The notes under the pieces are model-generated. The model did no database searches and was not told where the DNA came from. It saw only the letters and a program-made list of their open reading frames with translations. A stretch of 64,000 nt of DNA from an uncultured Gammaproteobacteria bacterium (GTDB taxonomy: Bacteria; Patescibacteriota; Patescibacteriia; UBA9570; JBBTWU01), in the NCBI GenBank assembly GCA_964364425.1, contig CAYIMB010000002.1:17436-81435 (forward strand), in the 5' to 3' direction. This document shows, one piece after another, positions 9,345-19,744 of this stretch (position 1 is the first letter of the stretch; every line of letters begins with the position of its first letter). A program made the translations under genes and the position numbers.

Positions 9345-9387
9345 GATTCCACTCTAGCAAAAAAGTGTGCACGTGCACAGGTGTAGT

Positions 9388-9455
9388 TCTACTCACAGAA
9401 TCAAATCGATTTTTACGGGATTTGATGCTCTGAGCAGAGGAGGATGGTTGGCGGT
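9388..9455. repeat. 68-bp direct repeat, copy 2
   Basis: Identical to 8530-8597. Confidence 0.95.
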
Positions 9456-9476
9456 CCCATCACTCCCCGGAAGGTA

Positions 9477-10229
9477 CTACCGAACGGCCGTCCAGACCCC
9501 CATGTCGTCGCCGAAGGGCACGGCCAGGCCCACGTAGATCCGGCACGTGTCGCCGGAGCCGCTGCTGCTGGTCTTCTCGTAGAGGGTGACCGTGTGGTCG
9601 TCCGACGTGACGGTGAAGCCGCCGCAGTCGTCCGACCAGTTGGCGCCGGAAGACCACTCGGCCTGGATGTCCACCCACGAGTGGTCGCTCAGGTCCGTGG
9701 TGGACGGGCTGAACATCAGGGTGTCCGTGGACGCGGACACGCTGGCCGACGCGGAGCCGCCGGACCCGTACCAGGCCCAGATGGTGGCGGGGTAGGTGAG
9801 GCCGCCGCTTGCGTCGCGGGTGACCACAATCCTGAGGACCGTGGTAGCGCTGTCGCCCGTGTCCACGACCGCGGTGTCGGTCACGGAGGTGTCCGCGGTG
9901 TCGCCGGTGCCGTCGCAGTCGGTGTCCACGCCGTCGGTCGGATCCTCGGTCGCGCCGGGGTTCACCGTGGCGTCGCGGTCCGCGCAGTCGCCGCCGAACG
10001 GGGAGTACCCGCGGGGGCGCCGGGTGGCCCAGAGGTCGGAGCCGGGCGCGCCGTAGCCGTCGCGGTCGCCGTCCCACCAGTAGTGGGTGATGACGATCCG
10101 GCTGGTACGGGACAGCGCGGTGTTGCGGACTTCCATGGTCTCGGCGCGGTCGTTGGCGGGGGCCTTGGTCTCTACGACCGGGGCGGTGGAGCGGTCACAG
10201 GCCGCCAGAATCAGAAGCAGGGACGACAT
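9477..10229 (-). CDS. High-GC3 lipoprotein with a putative metal-binding (MopE-type, PF11617-like) motif
   Basis: Lipobox LILAAC; DGDRDGYG...GGDCADRDATVNPGATEDPTDGVDTDCDG; Asp/Thr-rich linker; GGGAGA SD. Confidence 0.8.
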   Translation of the reverse strand: MSSLLLILAACDRSTAPVVETKAPANDRAETMEVRNTALSRTSRIVITHYWWDGDRDGYGAPGSDLWATRRPRGYSPFGGDCADRDATVNPGATEDPTDGVDTDCDGTGDTADTSVTDTAVVDTGDSATTVLRIVVTRDASGGLTYPATIWAWYGSGGSASASVSASTDTLMFSPSTTDLSDHSWVDIQAEWSSGANWSDDCGGFTVTSDDHTVTLYEKTSSSGSGDTCRIYVGLAVPFGDDMGVWTAVR

Positions 10230-10550
10230 GGGGTTCTCCCGGAGAATGAGTTTGGCCCTGAAGATGGCACCGAACTCAAGTGAAGGTCATTTCAAGCTGC
10301 GGTTGGCGTTTCTTAGGTACGTGTGAAACCTCCCCAAAAGCACTCAACACCCTTAGGGCAGGGCCAGCAAAAATACATGACAATCGAACCCTTGTCAATA
10401 ATGGGCCTTAATGCCAAAAACACTCAAAATTGGCTTGTCCTAAGGAAATCCACCCCAGTAGACTTTACAAACTAAAAAATGTTGTTATAATCAGCTTTGT
10501 GTTTCGAGATAATCGAAATTATTTTTACTTAATTCCTAAAGGGAACCTCA

Positions 10551-11741
10551 ATGGCTGACAAGTTTGACCGCTCAAAACCGCACGTCAACGTGGGTACCAT
10601 TGGTCACGTTGACCATGGAAAAACCACCACCACAGCTGCTATTTTAGCTGTGCTTAACGCTGTCGGCGGTAAGGCTCAACAGAAATCTGTTGACCAAATA
10701 GACGCTGCTCCAGAAGAAAAAGCACGTGGTATTACTATCAATACCGCTCACGTGGAGTATGAGACTGAAAAACGTCACTATGCTCACGTGGACTGTCCAG
10801 GTCACGCTGACTATGTGAAGAACATGATTACCGGTGCCGCCCAGATGGATGGGGCCATTTTAGTTGTGTCCGCCGCCGACGGTCCTATGCCTCAAACCCG
10901 TGAACACATCCTCTTGGCTCGCCAAGTCGGAGTGCCTTACATTGTGGTGTTCTTGAACAAAGTTGACCAAGTAGACGACCCAGAGTTGTTGGATTTAGTG
11001 GAAGTGGAAATTCGCGACTTGCTCAAGAAATATGAATTCCCAGGTGATGAAACACCAATGATCCGAGGGAGTGCCTTGAAAGCCTTGGAAAATCCAAAAG
11101 ATTCAGCGGCCAACAAGTGTATCTTGGACCTCATGAACGCCTTGGATACCTATATTCCAGAGCCAAAACGTGACGTAGACAAGCCTTTCTTAATGCCAAT
11201 TGAGGACATCTTCTCTATTGAAGGTCGTGGCACAGTGGTCACCGGACGGATTGAACGTGGCATGATCAAACTCAACGAAGAAGTGGAAATTGTGGGTTTG
11301 ACTCCAACCGCTAAAACAGTCGTGACCGGTATTGAAATGTTCAACAAACAGCTGGACGAAGGTCGTGCCGGTGATAACGCTGGTGTGTTGTTGCGTGGTA
11401 CCAAGAAAGAAGAAGTTCAACGTGGACAAGTCTTGGCAAAGACCGGAACCATCACTCCTCACACTGAATTTGAGACAGAAGTATATATTCTGTCCAAAGA
11501 AGAAGGCGGCCGTCACACTCCATTCCTAAAAGGCTATAAACCTCAATTCTACATGCGGACCACTGATGTCACAGGTGAGGTGATATTGCCAGAAGGAACT
11601 GAAATGGTGATGCCAGGTGACACCATGAAGCTCAGCGTTAAGTTGATTGCCCCAGTCGCCATGGAAGAACAACAACGCTTCGCCATCCGTGAGGGTGGTC
11701 ACACCGTAGGCGCCGGAGTTATTACTAAGATTCTCAAATAA
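10551..11741 (+). CDS. tuf: Elongation factor Tu
   Basis: [28 protein letters not shown]. Confidence 0.99.
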   Translation: MADKFDRSKPHVNVGTIGHVDHGKTTTTAAILAVLNAVGGKAQQKSVDQIDAAPEEKARGITINTAHVEYETEKRHYAHVDCPGHADYVKNMITGAAQMDGAILVVSAADGPMPQTREHILLARQVGVPYIVVFLNKVDQVDDPELLDLVEVEIRDLLKKYEFPGDETPMIRGSALKALENPKDSAANKCILDLMNALDTYIPEPKRDVDKPFLMPIEDIFSIEGRGTVVTGRIERGMIKLNEEVEIVGLTPTAKTVVTGIEMFNKQLDEGRAGDNAGVLLRGTKKEEVQRGQVLAKTGTITPHTEFETEVYILSKEEGGRHTPFLKGYKPQFYMRTTDVTGEVILPEGTEMVMPGDTMKLSVKLIAPVAMEEQQRFAIREGGHTVGAGVITKILK

Positions 11742-11812
11742 CATAAGAACACTATAGCTTCGCCCCCGGTAGGGCAGAGAAAACCCGGGGGCGAAGTAGC
11801 ACTTTCAACACC

Positions 11813-12172
11813 ATGACCACTAAGACAGTCAAGAAGCCAACTGAAGTCAATGGAAATGAGGAGCCAAAGTCTCGTATTCGCGTGAAAATTCGCGCTTACG
11901 ACTCCAAGATCATTGATCAGTCCACCAAGACTATTATAGAAACGGCTTTACGCAGCGGAGCCACTATTGCAGGTCCAGTGCCGTTGCCTACAGAAAAGCA
12001 CCGCTACACTGTGCTCAAATCGACCTTTGTGCATAAGAACGCACGGGATCAGTTTGAAATGCGGGTACATAAGCGCTTGATTGATATAGTCAACCCAAAC
12101 GCCAAGACCATTGATGACCTGTCTCACCTGAACCTTCCCTCAGGTGTTGACGTGGAAATGAAAATGGTATAA
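11813..12172 (+). CDS. rpsJ: 30S ribosomal protein S10
   Basis: RIRVKIRAYD, GPVPLPT, QFEMRVHKRLIDI. Confidence 0.98.
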   Translation: MTTKTVKKPTEVNGNEEPKSRIRVKIRAYDSKIIDQSTKTIIETALRSGATIAGPVPLPTEKHRYTVLKSTFVHKNARDQFEMRVHKRLIDIVNPNAKTIDDLSHLNLPSGVDVEMKMV

Positions 12173-12368
12173 TCTCCGTCTACTTCAGTCTGGTCCGGGA
12201 CCGGTGGTGCGGATCTAAGGGCTCTCAGCCCAAGGAAATCACCCACATGCCCAAAGCCAGAAAGGACAAATAATTACATATAAACCCAAACCATACCCCA
12301 AAAATAGCGGTGATCTACGTATATCAAACCATTGGCGTATGTAGACCACCGTTTTTCTTTACACCACT

Positions 12369-12986
12369 ATGAAAGGACTGATTGGCGAAAAATTGGACAT
12401 GACCCAGATCTTTGCGGAAGACGGCAATGCCTATGCCGTGACCCGTATTCAAGTTGGTCCATGTGTGGTGGCTCAGGTCAAAAACAAAGACAAAGATGGG
12501 TATACCGCTGTGCAGGTGGCTTGGGGGAACAGCAAAAACGTGTCAAAACCAAGAGCAGGGCAAACAAAAGACCTGAACGCTAATCGTGTTCTGCGTGAAT
12601 TTCGATTTGACGCAGACGACAAATCCTTTGGTGAAATTAAACGCGGTGACACTTGGACCGCTGAATTGTTTAAAGCGGGTGATGTGGTAGACGTGGTGGC
12701 CACTTCAAAAGGTAAAGGTTTTGCCGGTGTGATGAAACGTCACAACTTTCGGGGTGGGGCTGCTACTCATGGCCAACGGCATTCAGCTCGTGAACCTGGG
12801 TCTATTGCTTCTAAACGCCAAGGTCCAGTGGCTAAAGGGCAACGTATGGCAGGGCATATGGGCGTAGACCGCGTGACCATTAAAAATCTGAAAGTGATTC
12901 AAGTAGATGCAGCATCAAACGTGGTGTATGTCCTTGGATCAGTTCCTGGTGCCAGACACAGCGTAGTGCAAATTACTGCAGCCTAA
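12369..12986 (+). CDS. rplC: 50S ribosomal protein L3
   Basis: SKGKGFAGVMKRHNF, MAGHMG. Confidence 0.98.
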   Translation: MKGLIGEKLDMTQIFAEDGNAYAVTRIQVGPCVVAQVKNKDKDGYTAVQVAWGNSKNVSKPRAGQTKDLNANRVLREFRFDADDKSFGEIKRGDTWTAELFKAGDVVDVVATSKGKGFAGVMKRHNFRGGAATHGQRHSAREPGSIASKRQGPVAKGQRMAGHMGVDRVTIKNLKVIQVDAASNVVYVLGSVPGARHSVVQITAA

Positions 12987-12990
12987 ACTT

Positions 12991-13623
12991 ATGGCAACAC
13001 TTACTGTATTCAATTTAGCTGGAAAAGAAACAGGCAAAGTGGAAGCTTCTGATAAAGTGTTTGGTGTCAAACCAAACAAAGACTTGTTGTATCAAGTGGT
13101 GTTGTGGTACCAAAACCAACGCCGCAAACCGTATGCTCATACAAAAACAAAAGGTGAGGTGCGTGGTGGTGGAGCCAAACCATGGGCCCAAAAGGGGACT
13201 GGTCGGGCCAGACACGGGTCTATCCGCGGTCCACAATGGCGCAAGGGTGGTGTTGTCCACGGTCCACGCAAAGAACGTGACTACACTTCCTCTTTATTGC
13301 CAGTGAAAATGCGGCGCAAAGCGTTGGCCATGTCCTTGTCAGACAAACTTTCCTCAGGAAATTTGGTGGTCGTAGATGATTTGAAACTTCCAGAGTTGAA
13401 AACCAAAGCTTTACTTCAGATTTTGGGTGCTCTCCCGGTGAAACATCACTCAGTCTTATTCGCTACTTCAAAGAAAGACGCAGTGGTAGAGAAAGCAGCC
13501 CGCAACTTGCCTAAAATAGACGTCTCAGTCGCCACTTCTTTAAATGCAGAGCAAGTCTTGCAAAAGAAGGTCTTGGTGTTGGATACTGCTGGTGTTGAAG
13601 CCTTAGTCAAACAACTTTCTTAA
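12991..13623 (+). CDS. rplD: 50S ribosomal protein L4
   Basis: KPWAQKGTGRARHGS. Confidence 0.98.
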   Translation: MATLTVFNLAGKETGKVEASDKVFGVKPNKDLLYQVVLWYQNQRRKPYAHTKTKGEVRGGGAKPWAQKGTGRARHGSIRGPQWRKGGVVHGPRKERDYTSSLLPVKMRRKALAMSLSDKLSSGNLVVVDDLKLPELKTKALLQILGALPVKHHSVLFATSKKDAVVEKAARNLPKIDVSVATSLNAEQVLQKKVLVLDTAGVEALVKQLS

Positions 13624-13627
13624 TCAT

Positions 13628-14023
13628 ATGGCTATCAATTTTTGGAAGAGAAACAAGAAACCAGAGGTAGAAACTCCAGAGGAAACAAAGGAGAGAGCAG
13701 CTACCGCCGCTCCGGCCAAAGGAACACCAAAGGCAGCCTCTTCCACCGGCGACAGCAAAAATGCTCCTCAAGTGTTACTGCGTCCAATGTTGACTGAAAA
13801 GTCCACTCGGGCCGGGGTGTATTATTTCCAGATTCCAATTTCTGCCAACCGAGCTGAAGTGAAGAAGGCGGTGAAATCTGTATACGGTGTAACTCCAGAA
13901 AAAGTAAACATCATTAACCGCTTAGGCAAGAAAGTGACTTTTGGCGGACGTGGCGGATCTAGGTCTGACTGGAAGCGCGCCATTGTGATGCTCAAAAAAG
14001 GTGAATCAATCTCTGTAGAATAA
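13628..14023 (+). CDS. rplW: 50S ribosomal protein L23 with N-terminal extension
   Basis: RPMLTEKS, WKRAIV; operon position. Confidence 0.95.
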   Translation: MAINFWKRNKKPEVETPEETKERAATAAPAKGTPKAASSTGDSKNAPQVLLRPMLTEKSTRAGVYYFQIPISANRAEVKKAVKSVYGVTPEKVNIINRLGKKVTFGGRGGSRSDWKRAIVMLKKGESISVE

Positions 14024-14025
14024 GT

Positions 14026-14877
14026 ATGGCTATCAAGATATTAAAACCAGTCACCGCCGGAACCCGCAACTCAAGCGTGCAGGATTTTTCTGATATCACC
14101 AAGTCCAAACCAACCAAGAGTTTGACGGTTTGGTTGAAAACCAAAGCCGGTCGCAACAACCAAGGTAAAATTACCACCCGTCATCATGGTTCTGGTGTGA
14201 AGCGCTTGTACCGCATGGTGGATTTCAAAATGCAAAAGTACGACCTACCTGCGAAGATTGAATCCGTTGAATATGACCCATACCGCAGTGCTCGCATCAT
14301 GCTGCTCAAATATCCAGACAGCTCAGTCACTTATGCACTTGCTCCTGTTGGCGTGAAGGTTGGAGAAACTATTATCTCTTTCTCTGGAGAAGGTGAAATC
14401 AAAACTGGTAACCGCTTGATGTTGAAACACATTCCAGTCGGAATGGCCGTTCACAACGTTGAGATGACTCCAGGTAAAGGTGGGGAAGTGGTTCGTTCCG
14501 CTGGTTCTCTGGCTACCATCATGGCCAAAGAGGGAACTATGGTCCAAATCAAAATGCCAAGTGGTGAAATTCGGAATTATATGGATACTTGCCGAGCATC
14601 TATTGGACAGGTTTCAAACGTAGAATGGAGAAACGTACGTTGGGGCAAGGCTGGTCGTAACCGTTTACGCGGTATCCGTCCTACCGTTCGTGGTAAAGCT
14701 CAGAATCCAGTTGACCACCCACACGGTGGAGGTGAAGGTAACCAACCAATTGGTTTGAAGCATCCAAAGACTCCATGGGGTAAACCAGCTTTGGGTGTGA
14801 TTACTCGTAAAGATCATAAGCGTTCAGATGCATTCATTGTACGTAGGCGTCCAAAACGTATTGGTAAGATTAAATAA
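14026..14877 (+). CDS. rplB: 50S ribosomal protein L2
   Basis: [12 protein letters not shown]. Confidence 0.99.
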   Translation: MAIKILKPVTAGTRNSSVQDFSDITKSKPTKSLTVWLKTKAGRNNQGKITTRHHGSGVKRLYRMVDFKMQKYDLPAKIESVEYDPYRSARIMLLKYPDSSVTYALAPVGVKVGETIISFSGEGEIKTGNRLMLKHIPVGMAVHNVEMTPGKGGEVVRSAGSLATIMAKEGTMVQIKMPSGEIRNYMDTCRASIGQVSNVEWRNVRWGKAGRNRLRGIRPTVRGKAQNPVDHPHGGGEGNQPIGLKHPKTPWGKPALGVITRKDHKRSDAFIVRRRPKRIGKIK

Positions 14878-14881
14878 GCAT

Positions 14882-15253
14882 ATGTCTAGATCTCTCAAAA
14901 AAGGACCATTTGTTGCAGACCATTTGTTAGCCAAGGTGAAAAAAGCCAAGGCCAGCAATTCACGTGCTCCAATTAAGACCTGGTCCCGTTCTTCTACCAT
15001 TACTCCTGACATGTTGGGCATGACCTTTGCTGTGCATAATGGACGTAAATTTTTGGACGTGTATGTGGTGGAAAATATGGTTGGTCATAAATTAGGTGAA
15101 TTTTCTCCAACCAGAACATTTAAGTCTCATGGTGGGAAGATTGCAAAAGAGCAGGCCAGTGCGGCCGCGGCTGCAGGAGCTCCAGGCGCTCCAGGCGCGG
15201 CAGCTCCCGGAGCAGCAGGCGCTGGCGCACCTGCTGTAGTAGCCAAAAAATAA
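14882..15253 (+). CDS. rpsS: 30S ribosomal protein S19 with Ala/Gly/Pro tail
   Basis: Start at [10 protein letters not shown]; [12 protein letters not shown]. Confidence 0.98.
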   Translation: MSRSLKKGPFVADHLLAKVKKAKASNSRAPIKTWSRSSTITPDMLGMTFAVHNGRKFLDVYVVENMVGHKLGEFSPTRTFKSHGGKIAKEQASAAAAAGAPGAPGAAAPGAAGAGAPAVVAKK

Positions 15254-15256
15254 TCT

Positions 15257-15619
15257 ATGGAAGTAACAGTCACATTACGACATTTCCGTACCTCCCCAGA
15301 CAAAGTTCGTTTGGTGGCTGGTTTGATTCGCGGCAAAGATGCTGATGAAGCAGATGTTATCTTGACTCATACTCAAAAAGGTTCAGCTGGAGCATTACGC
15401 AAACTGTTGAAATCAGGTTTAGCGGATGCAGAGCATAACTACAAGTTGGATCCAAAAGACATGAAAGTCAAAGAAATTCGGGTAGATTCTGGTGTGACCA
15501 TGAAACGCTACCGCCCCCGGGCTTTTGGTCGGGCCGCTCCAATTCGCAAGAAAGCTTCTCATGTGACCTTAGTTTTGGCGGAGAAGACCAAAAAAGAATC
15601 AGGTAAAGACAAGAAATAA
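15257..15619 (+). CDS. rplV: 50S ribosomal protein L22
   Basis: SPDKVRLVAGLIRG, PRAFGRA. Confidence 0.98.
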   Translation: MEVTVTLRHFRTSPDKVRLVAGLIRGKDADEADVILTHTQKGSAGALRKLLKSGLADAEHNYKLDPKDMKVKEIRVDSGVTMKRYRPRAFGRAAPIRKKASHVTLVLAEKTKKESGKDKK

Positions 15620-15624
15620 CCACT

Positions 15625-16419
15625 ATGGGACATAAAGTAAATCCACGTGTATACAGAATTGGAACGGTGTATCAACCCACCTCTCGTTGGTTTACCAAAA
15701 AACAAGACTTTCCAACCAAGTTGAAGGAAGACCTGGAAATTCGTGAAATTATCAAAACAAAGTTCCGTAACTCTGGGGTTGCTCGCGTAGATATAGAACG
15801 GTCTTCAGGCGCAGTCACCATTACCATGCATACCTCCAAACCGGGTGTGATTATTGGCCGTGGTGGATCTGGTATTGATGAATTGAAAAAGACCATCAAA
15901 AAAAATGTCTACGGTAGCACTAAGATTGTTATCAACATTTCTATTCAGGAAGTGGCCAAACCAGACACGAGCGCTGAGCTGATTGTGCAAAATATTGCTG
16001 AACAGTTAGAAAAACGTATCCCATTCCGTCGAGCTATGAAACGGGCTATTGAATCAAGTCGCCGCGCTGGAGCTGAAGGTGTACGCATCACTGTATCTGG
16101 ACGCTTAAACGGTGCTGAAATTGCCCGGACTGAAACACTGACGGAAGGGAGTCTGCCTTTGCACACCTTGCGCGCGAATATCGATTACTCCCGCGGGGTG
16201 GCTCGCACCATTTTTGGAGCTATTGGTATCAAAGTGTGGATCTACACCGGAGATGTGTTTGAAGGTGATGAAAAGAAAGAAGAAGCTGCTCCAGAAAAAC
16301 GTCGCACTTCATTCCGCCGTGGACCAGTTCGTAACGTGGCCGCAAAAGAGGGGACGACCGCGACTCCACGTCCACGCCGCAAAGCCAATGTTCCAACCCA
16401 ACCAGTCAAAGCTGATTAA
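15625..16419 (+). CDS. rpsC: 30S ribosomal protein S3
   Basis: MGHKVNP, KPGVIIGRGG, GRLNGAEIARTE. Confidence 0.99.
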   Translation: MGHKVNPRVYRIGTVYQPTSRWFTKKQDFPTKLKEDLEIREIIKTKFRNSGVARVDIERSSGAVTITMHTSKPGVIIGRGGSGIDELKKTIKKNVYGSTKIVINISIQEVAKPDTSAELIVQNIAEQLEKRIPFRRAMKRAIESSRRAGAEGVRITVSGRLNGAEIARTETLTEGSLPLHTLRANIDYSRGVARTIFGAIGIKVWIYTGDVFEGDEKKEEAAPEKRRTSFRRGPVRNVAAKEGTTATPRPRRKANVPTQPVKAD

Positions 16420-16424
16420 CACCT

Positions 16425-16829
16425 ATGTTATTCCCAAAGAAAACCAAATACCGTAAAGGATTTAGACCACAAGTCAGAGGCAAGGCGTCACGCAAGTTGG
16501 AATTGGCCTTTGGATCTTTTGGTCTGAAGTCCTTGGAAGGTGCTTGGGTGACCTCTCGTCAACTGGAAGCTGCCAGACGCGCCATGACTCGGTTTGTAGC
16601 ACGCGGTGGAAAGATTTGGATTCGCGTGTTCCCTGACCGGCCAATCACCTTGAAAGGTGGAGAAATCCGCATGGGTGGTGGTAAGGGAGCCGTGTCTCAC
16701 TATGTAGCTGAGGTAAAAGCCGGTATGGTGTTGTTTGAGATTGATGGTGTGCCAGAGGATAAAGCCTTAGAAGCTTTACGCCTGGCTTCCCACAAGCTTC
16801 CTGTTTTAACCAGCGTTATTCGCCAATAA
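16425..16829 (+). CDS. rplP: 50S ribosomal protein L16
   Basis: [15 protein letters not shown]. Confidence 0.99.
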   Translation: MLFPKKTKYRKGFRPQVRGKASRKLELAFGSFGLKSLEGAWVTSRQLEAARRAMTRFVARGGKIWIRVFPDRPITLKGGEIRMGGGKGAVSHYVAEVKAGMVLFEIDGVPEDKALEALRLASHKLPVLTSVIRQ

Positions 16830-16833
16830 CAGT

Positions 16834-17025
16834 ATGGAAGTCAAAGACTTAAGAAATAAATCAGTTGAGGAGCTCCAAGCATTGTTGAAACAATGGCACG
16901 AGGATATCCGCCGCATGCGCTTTGAAGCAGCCTCAGGCTCTCTGAAATTGGTGCATCAAGTGGACATAGCCAAGAAGAATATTGCCAGAGCCCTCACCAT
17001 TTTGAACGACAAACAAGCAAAGTAA
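16834..17025 (+). CDS. rpmC: 50S ribosomal protein L29
   Basis: [12 protein letters not shown]; operon position. Confidence 0.95.
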   Translation: MEVKDLRNKSVEELQALLKQWHEDIRRMRFEAASGSLKLVHQVDIAKKNIARALTILNDKQAK

Positions 17026-17029
17026 CCAT

Positions 17030-17299
17030 ATGACAGACACAACAACAAAACGCCTGACCGTTCACCGCAAACTCAGCGGTGTGGTGACGTCTGACAAAAT
17101 GGATAAAACCATTGTGGTGAAAGTAGAGCGCAGGGTACAACATCCAAAATACCGAAAGTTCTACATCCAATCTGAAAAATTCCATGTCCATGATGAAAAG
17201 AACCAGTTCAAAGTGGGGGATGTGGTGGAATTCTGTGAAACACGCCCACTGTCTAAGACCAAACGCTGGCGCGTGATCTATCCTAAGGCAACGGCATAA
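17030..17299 (+). CDS. rpsQ: 30S ribosomal protein S17
   Basis: [21 protein letters not shown]. Confidence 0.98.
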   Translation: MTDTTTKRLTVHRKLSGVVTSDKMDKTIVVKVERRVQHPKYRKFYIQSEKFHVHDEKNQFKVGDVVEFCETRPLSKTKRWRVIYPKATA

Positions 17300-17304
17300 A
17301 TTAT

Positions 17305-17676
17305 ATGATTCAACTACGTAGCCGCCTCAAGGTGGCAGACAACACGGGAGCTAAGGAAGTCGAGTGCATTATGGTGCATGGCGGTTTTCAACGTCGATAT
17401 GCAGAATTAGGTGATGTGATTACCTGTGTGGTTAAAGTGGCAACACCTCACGGCATGATCAAGAAGTCTGAAGTTGGACATGCGGTGATTGTACGCCAAC
17501 GCAAAGAAGTTAGACGTAAAGACGGGACGGCTATCCGTTTTGATGACGCTGCAGTGGTGTTTGTAGACAAGAAAACTGGCGAACCACGGGGAACTCGTAT
17601 TTTTGGGCCGGTGGCCAGGGAAGTCAAAAACCGAGGATTCTCTAAGATCGCCTCATTAGCTACTGAAGTGCTGTAA
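17305..17676 (+). CDS. rplN: 50S ribosomal protein L14
   Basis: [19 protein letters not shown]. Confidence 0.99.
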   Translation: MIQLRSRLKVADNTGAKEVECIMVHGGFQRRYAELGDVITCVVKVATPHGMIKKSEVGHAVIVRQRKEVRRKDGTAIRFDDAAVVFVDKKTGEPRGTRIFGPVAREVKNRGFSKIASLATEVL

Positions 17677-17680
17677 ACCT

Positions 17681-18022
17681 ATGAAGACATCAACTAACAA
17701 AACAGCTATCCGCTTCCGCGTCGGTGACACCGTTAAGGTGATGACTGGCAAGGATAAAGGAAAGACCGGAAAAGTGACTCAAGTCATCCCATCTATTCAG
17801 CGCGTGGTGGTTGAAGGAGCGAATAAAATGGTGAAACACTTGCGTTCTCAGAAGGCCGGACAGGCTGGTCAACGAATTGAATTTGATGCTCCTCTTCCGG
17901 TTTCAAACTTGCAGTTGATGTGTCCAAAGTGCGGGAAAGTCACCAGAATTGGACATCAGCTGGGTAAAGAAAAAGCCGCCGGCAAAACCCGTGTGTGCGC
18001 AAAATGTAAGGAACCTATCTAA
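17681..18022 (+). CDS. rplX: 50S ribosomal protein L24
   Basis: KOW motif GDTVKVMTGKDKGKTGKV. Confidence 0.98.
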   Translation: MKTSTNKTAIRFRVGDTVKVMTGKDKGKTGKVTQVIPSIQRVVVEGANKMVKHLRSQKAGQAGQRIEFDAPLPVSNLQLMCPKCGKVTRIGHQLGKEKAAGKTRVCAKCKEPI

Positions 18023-18032
18023 CCACACGAAC

Positions 18033-18590
18033 ATGAATAGATTACTCAAAAAATATAGAGAAGAAGTGGTACCAGAGCTGATCAAGCAAACTTGTGAGAC
18101 CAACGTGATGGCTATCCCCAAAATCGCCAAAGTGACCTTGAATGTTGGTGTAGGCAAAGCATTGCAGGCAGATCCAAAAATTGTAGAAACTGTGGTAGCT
18201 AACTTGGCTCGGGTGACTGGGCAACGTCCAGTGCAAACAAAGGCCAAGAAGAGCATTTCAAACTTTAAGAGCCGCCAAGGACAGACTATTGGTGTGGCTG
18301 TCACCCTCCGGGGGGAACGGATGTACGAATTTTTAGACAAGTTGGTTTCATCCACCCTCCCGCGTGTGCGTGATTTTCGTGGTATTTCACCCTTGAGCTT
18401 TGATGGACGCGGAAACTATTCCTTGGGCATGAATGAACACACGGTGTTTCCGGAAATCAAACATGATGAAGTGGAAAAGGTGCATGGGTTGGAAATCAAC
18501 ATTACCACTACAGCCAAAAATGATGAAGAGGGTCGTTTATTGTTGAAACTCATGGGCTTCCCATTTAATACTGATAAACTGAAGAAATAA
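18033..18590 (+). CDS. rplE: 50S ribosomal protein L5
   Basis: Start at MNRLLKKY; [16 protein letters not shown]. Confidence 0.98.
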   Translation: MNRLLKKYREEVVPELIKQTCETNVMAIPKIAKVTLNVGVGKALQADPKIVETVVANLARVTGQRPVQTKAKKSISNFKSRQGQTIGVAVTLRGERMYEFLDKLVSSTLPRVRDFRGISPLSFDGRGNYSLGMNEHTVFPEIKHDEVEKVHGLEINITTTAKNDEEGRLLLKLMGFPFNTDKLKK

Positions 18591-18592
18591 GT

Positions 18593-18775
18593 ATGGCAAC
18601 AGCAGCACAAATTGCTAAATCCAAAAGGACCCCAAAGTTTTCAACGCGCAAAAACAGGCGTTGTACATTATGTGGTCGGAAAAGCCCAATTCGTGACTTT
18701 GGATTGTGCCGTATTTGTTTCAGAGAGAAGGCGACCAAAGGAGTGATCCCTGGAATTCATAAAGCAAGCTGGTAA
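18593..18775 (+). CDS. rpsN: 30S ribosomal protein S14, zinc-binding type
   Basis: CTLC...CRIC, ends KASW. Confidence 0.97.
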   Translation: MATAAQIAKSKRTPKFSTRKNRRCTLCGRKSPIRDFGLCRICFREKATKGVIPGIHKASW

Positions 18776-18780
18776 ACACT

Positions 18781-19170
18781 ATGACAGACCCAATAGCAGA
18801 CATGTTAACTCGAATCCGGAACGCACAAGCTGTGCGCAAGGTTGAAGTGATCATTCCTCACTCCAAGCTAAAGTTGCGCTTGGCCGATATTTTGAAACAG
18901 GAAGGATATGTGCGTTCAGTGGATACGGTCAAAACCGGTAGCCTGAGTGAAATTAAAGTGGAATTGAAGTATGACAACAACGCTGGCGTAATCCGTGGAA
19001 TCAAACGTATTTCCAAACCAGGTCACCGTGTATACGTTGGGAGTAAAGAAATTCCACACGTGTTAAACGGATTAGGTTTGGCCGTGGTATCCACTTCTCA
19101 AGGCTTAATGACCAACAAAGAAGCACGTCAGAAAAAGTTGGGTGGAGAATTATTGTGTGAAATTTACTAA
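18781..19170 (+). CDS. rpsH: 30S ribosomal protein S8
   Basis: DPIADMLTRIRNA, STSQG. Confidence 0.99.
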   Translation: MTDPIADMLTRIRNAQAVRKVEVIIPHSKLKLRLADILKQEGYVRSVDTVKTGSLSEIKVELKYDNNAGVIRGIKRISKPGHRVYVGSKEIPHVLNGLGLAVVSTSQGLMTNKEARQKKLGGELLCEIY

Positions 19171-19176
19171 ACACCT

Positions 19177-19740
19177 ATGTCACGTATAGCAAAAAAACCA
19201 ATCGTGATACCTAGCGGAGTCACTGTAACGGTGAAGCCTGAAGGTTTGACGGTAAAAGGTCCAAAGGGAACGTTGACCAAGGTGATGCACCGGTATGTTG
19301 TTATTACTCCAGGTAAAGATGAGGCAGGGAAAGACACTCTCGCTGTAGGCGTAACTCAAACCACAGATAAATTTGCCCGTGCCATGTGGGGGACAGCTGC
19401 GTCTCACTTGAAGAACATGATCAAAGGGGTAACTGAAGGTTTCTCTAAAGAATTGAAAATTTCTGGTGTTGGTTATACTTGGACGTTAGAAGGTCAGAAG
19501 CTGACTATGAAGTTAGGGTTCTCTCACCCGGTAACCGTTACCTTGCCACAAGGGGTTGCGGGCAAAGTGGCAAAAAACAGCTTAGTTTTAGAATCTATTG
19601 ATAAAGAGCTGTTGGGCCAGACCGCCGCCAACATCCGTTCTCTGAAGAAACCCGAACCATATAAAGGAAAAGGCATTGCTTACTCAGACGAACACGTGAG
19701 GCGCAAGGCGGGTAAACAAGCTAAAGCAGCTGGAGCATAA
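19177..19740 (+). CDS. rplF: 50S ribosomal protein L6
   Basis: [15 protein letters not shown]. Confidence 0.99.
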   Translation: MSRIAKKPIVIPSGVTVTVKPEGLTVKGPKGTLTKVMHRYVVITPGKDEAGKDTLAVGVTQTTDKFARAMWGTAASHLKNMIKGVTEGFSKELKISGVGYTWTLEGQKLTMKLGFSHPVTVTLPQGVAGKVAKNSLVLESIDKELLGQTAANIRSLKKPEPYKGKGIAYSDEHVRRKAGKQAKAAGA

Positions 19741-19744
19741 ACCT

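Noticed and set aside
9444-10283. Long antisense or alternate-frame ORFs over the high-GC genes (also 4477..5031, 38813..39316, 50909..51475)
   Set aside because: Shadow ORFs caused by stop-codon scarcity in GC-rich DNA; the G/C wobble bias, SD sites and motifs lie in the called frames.
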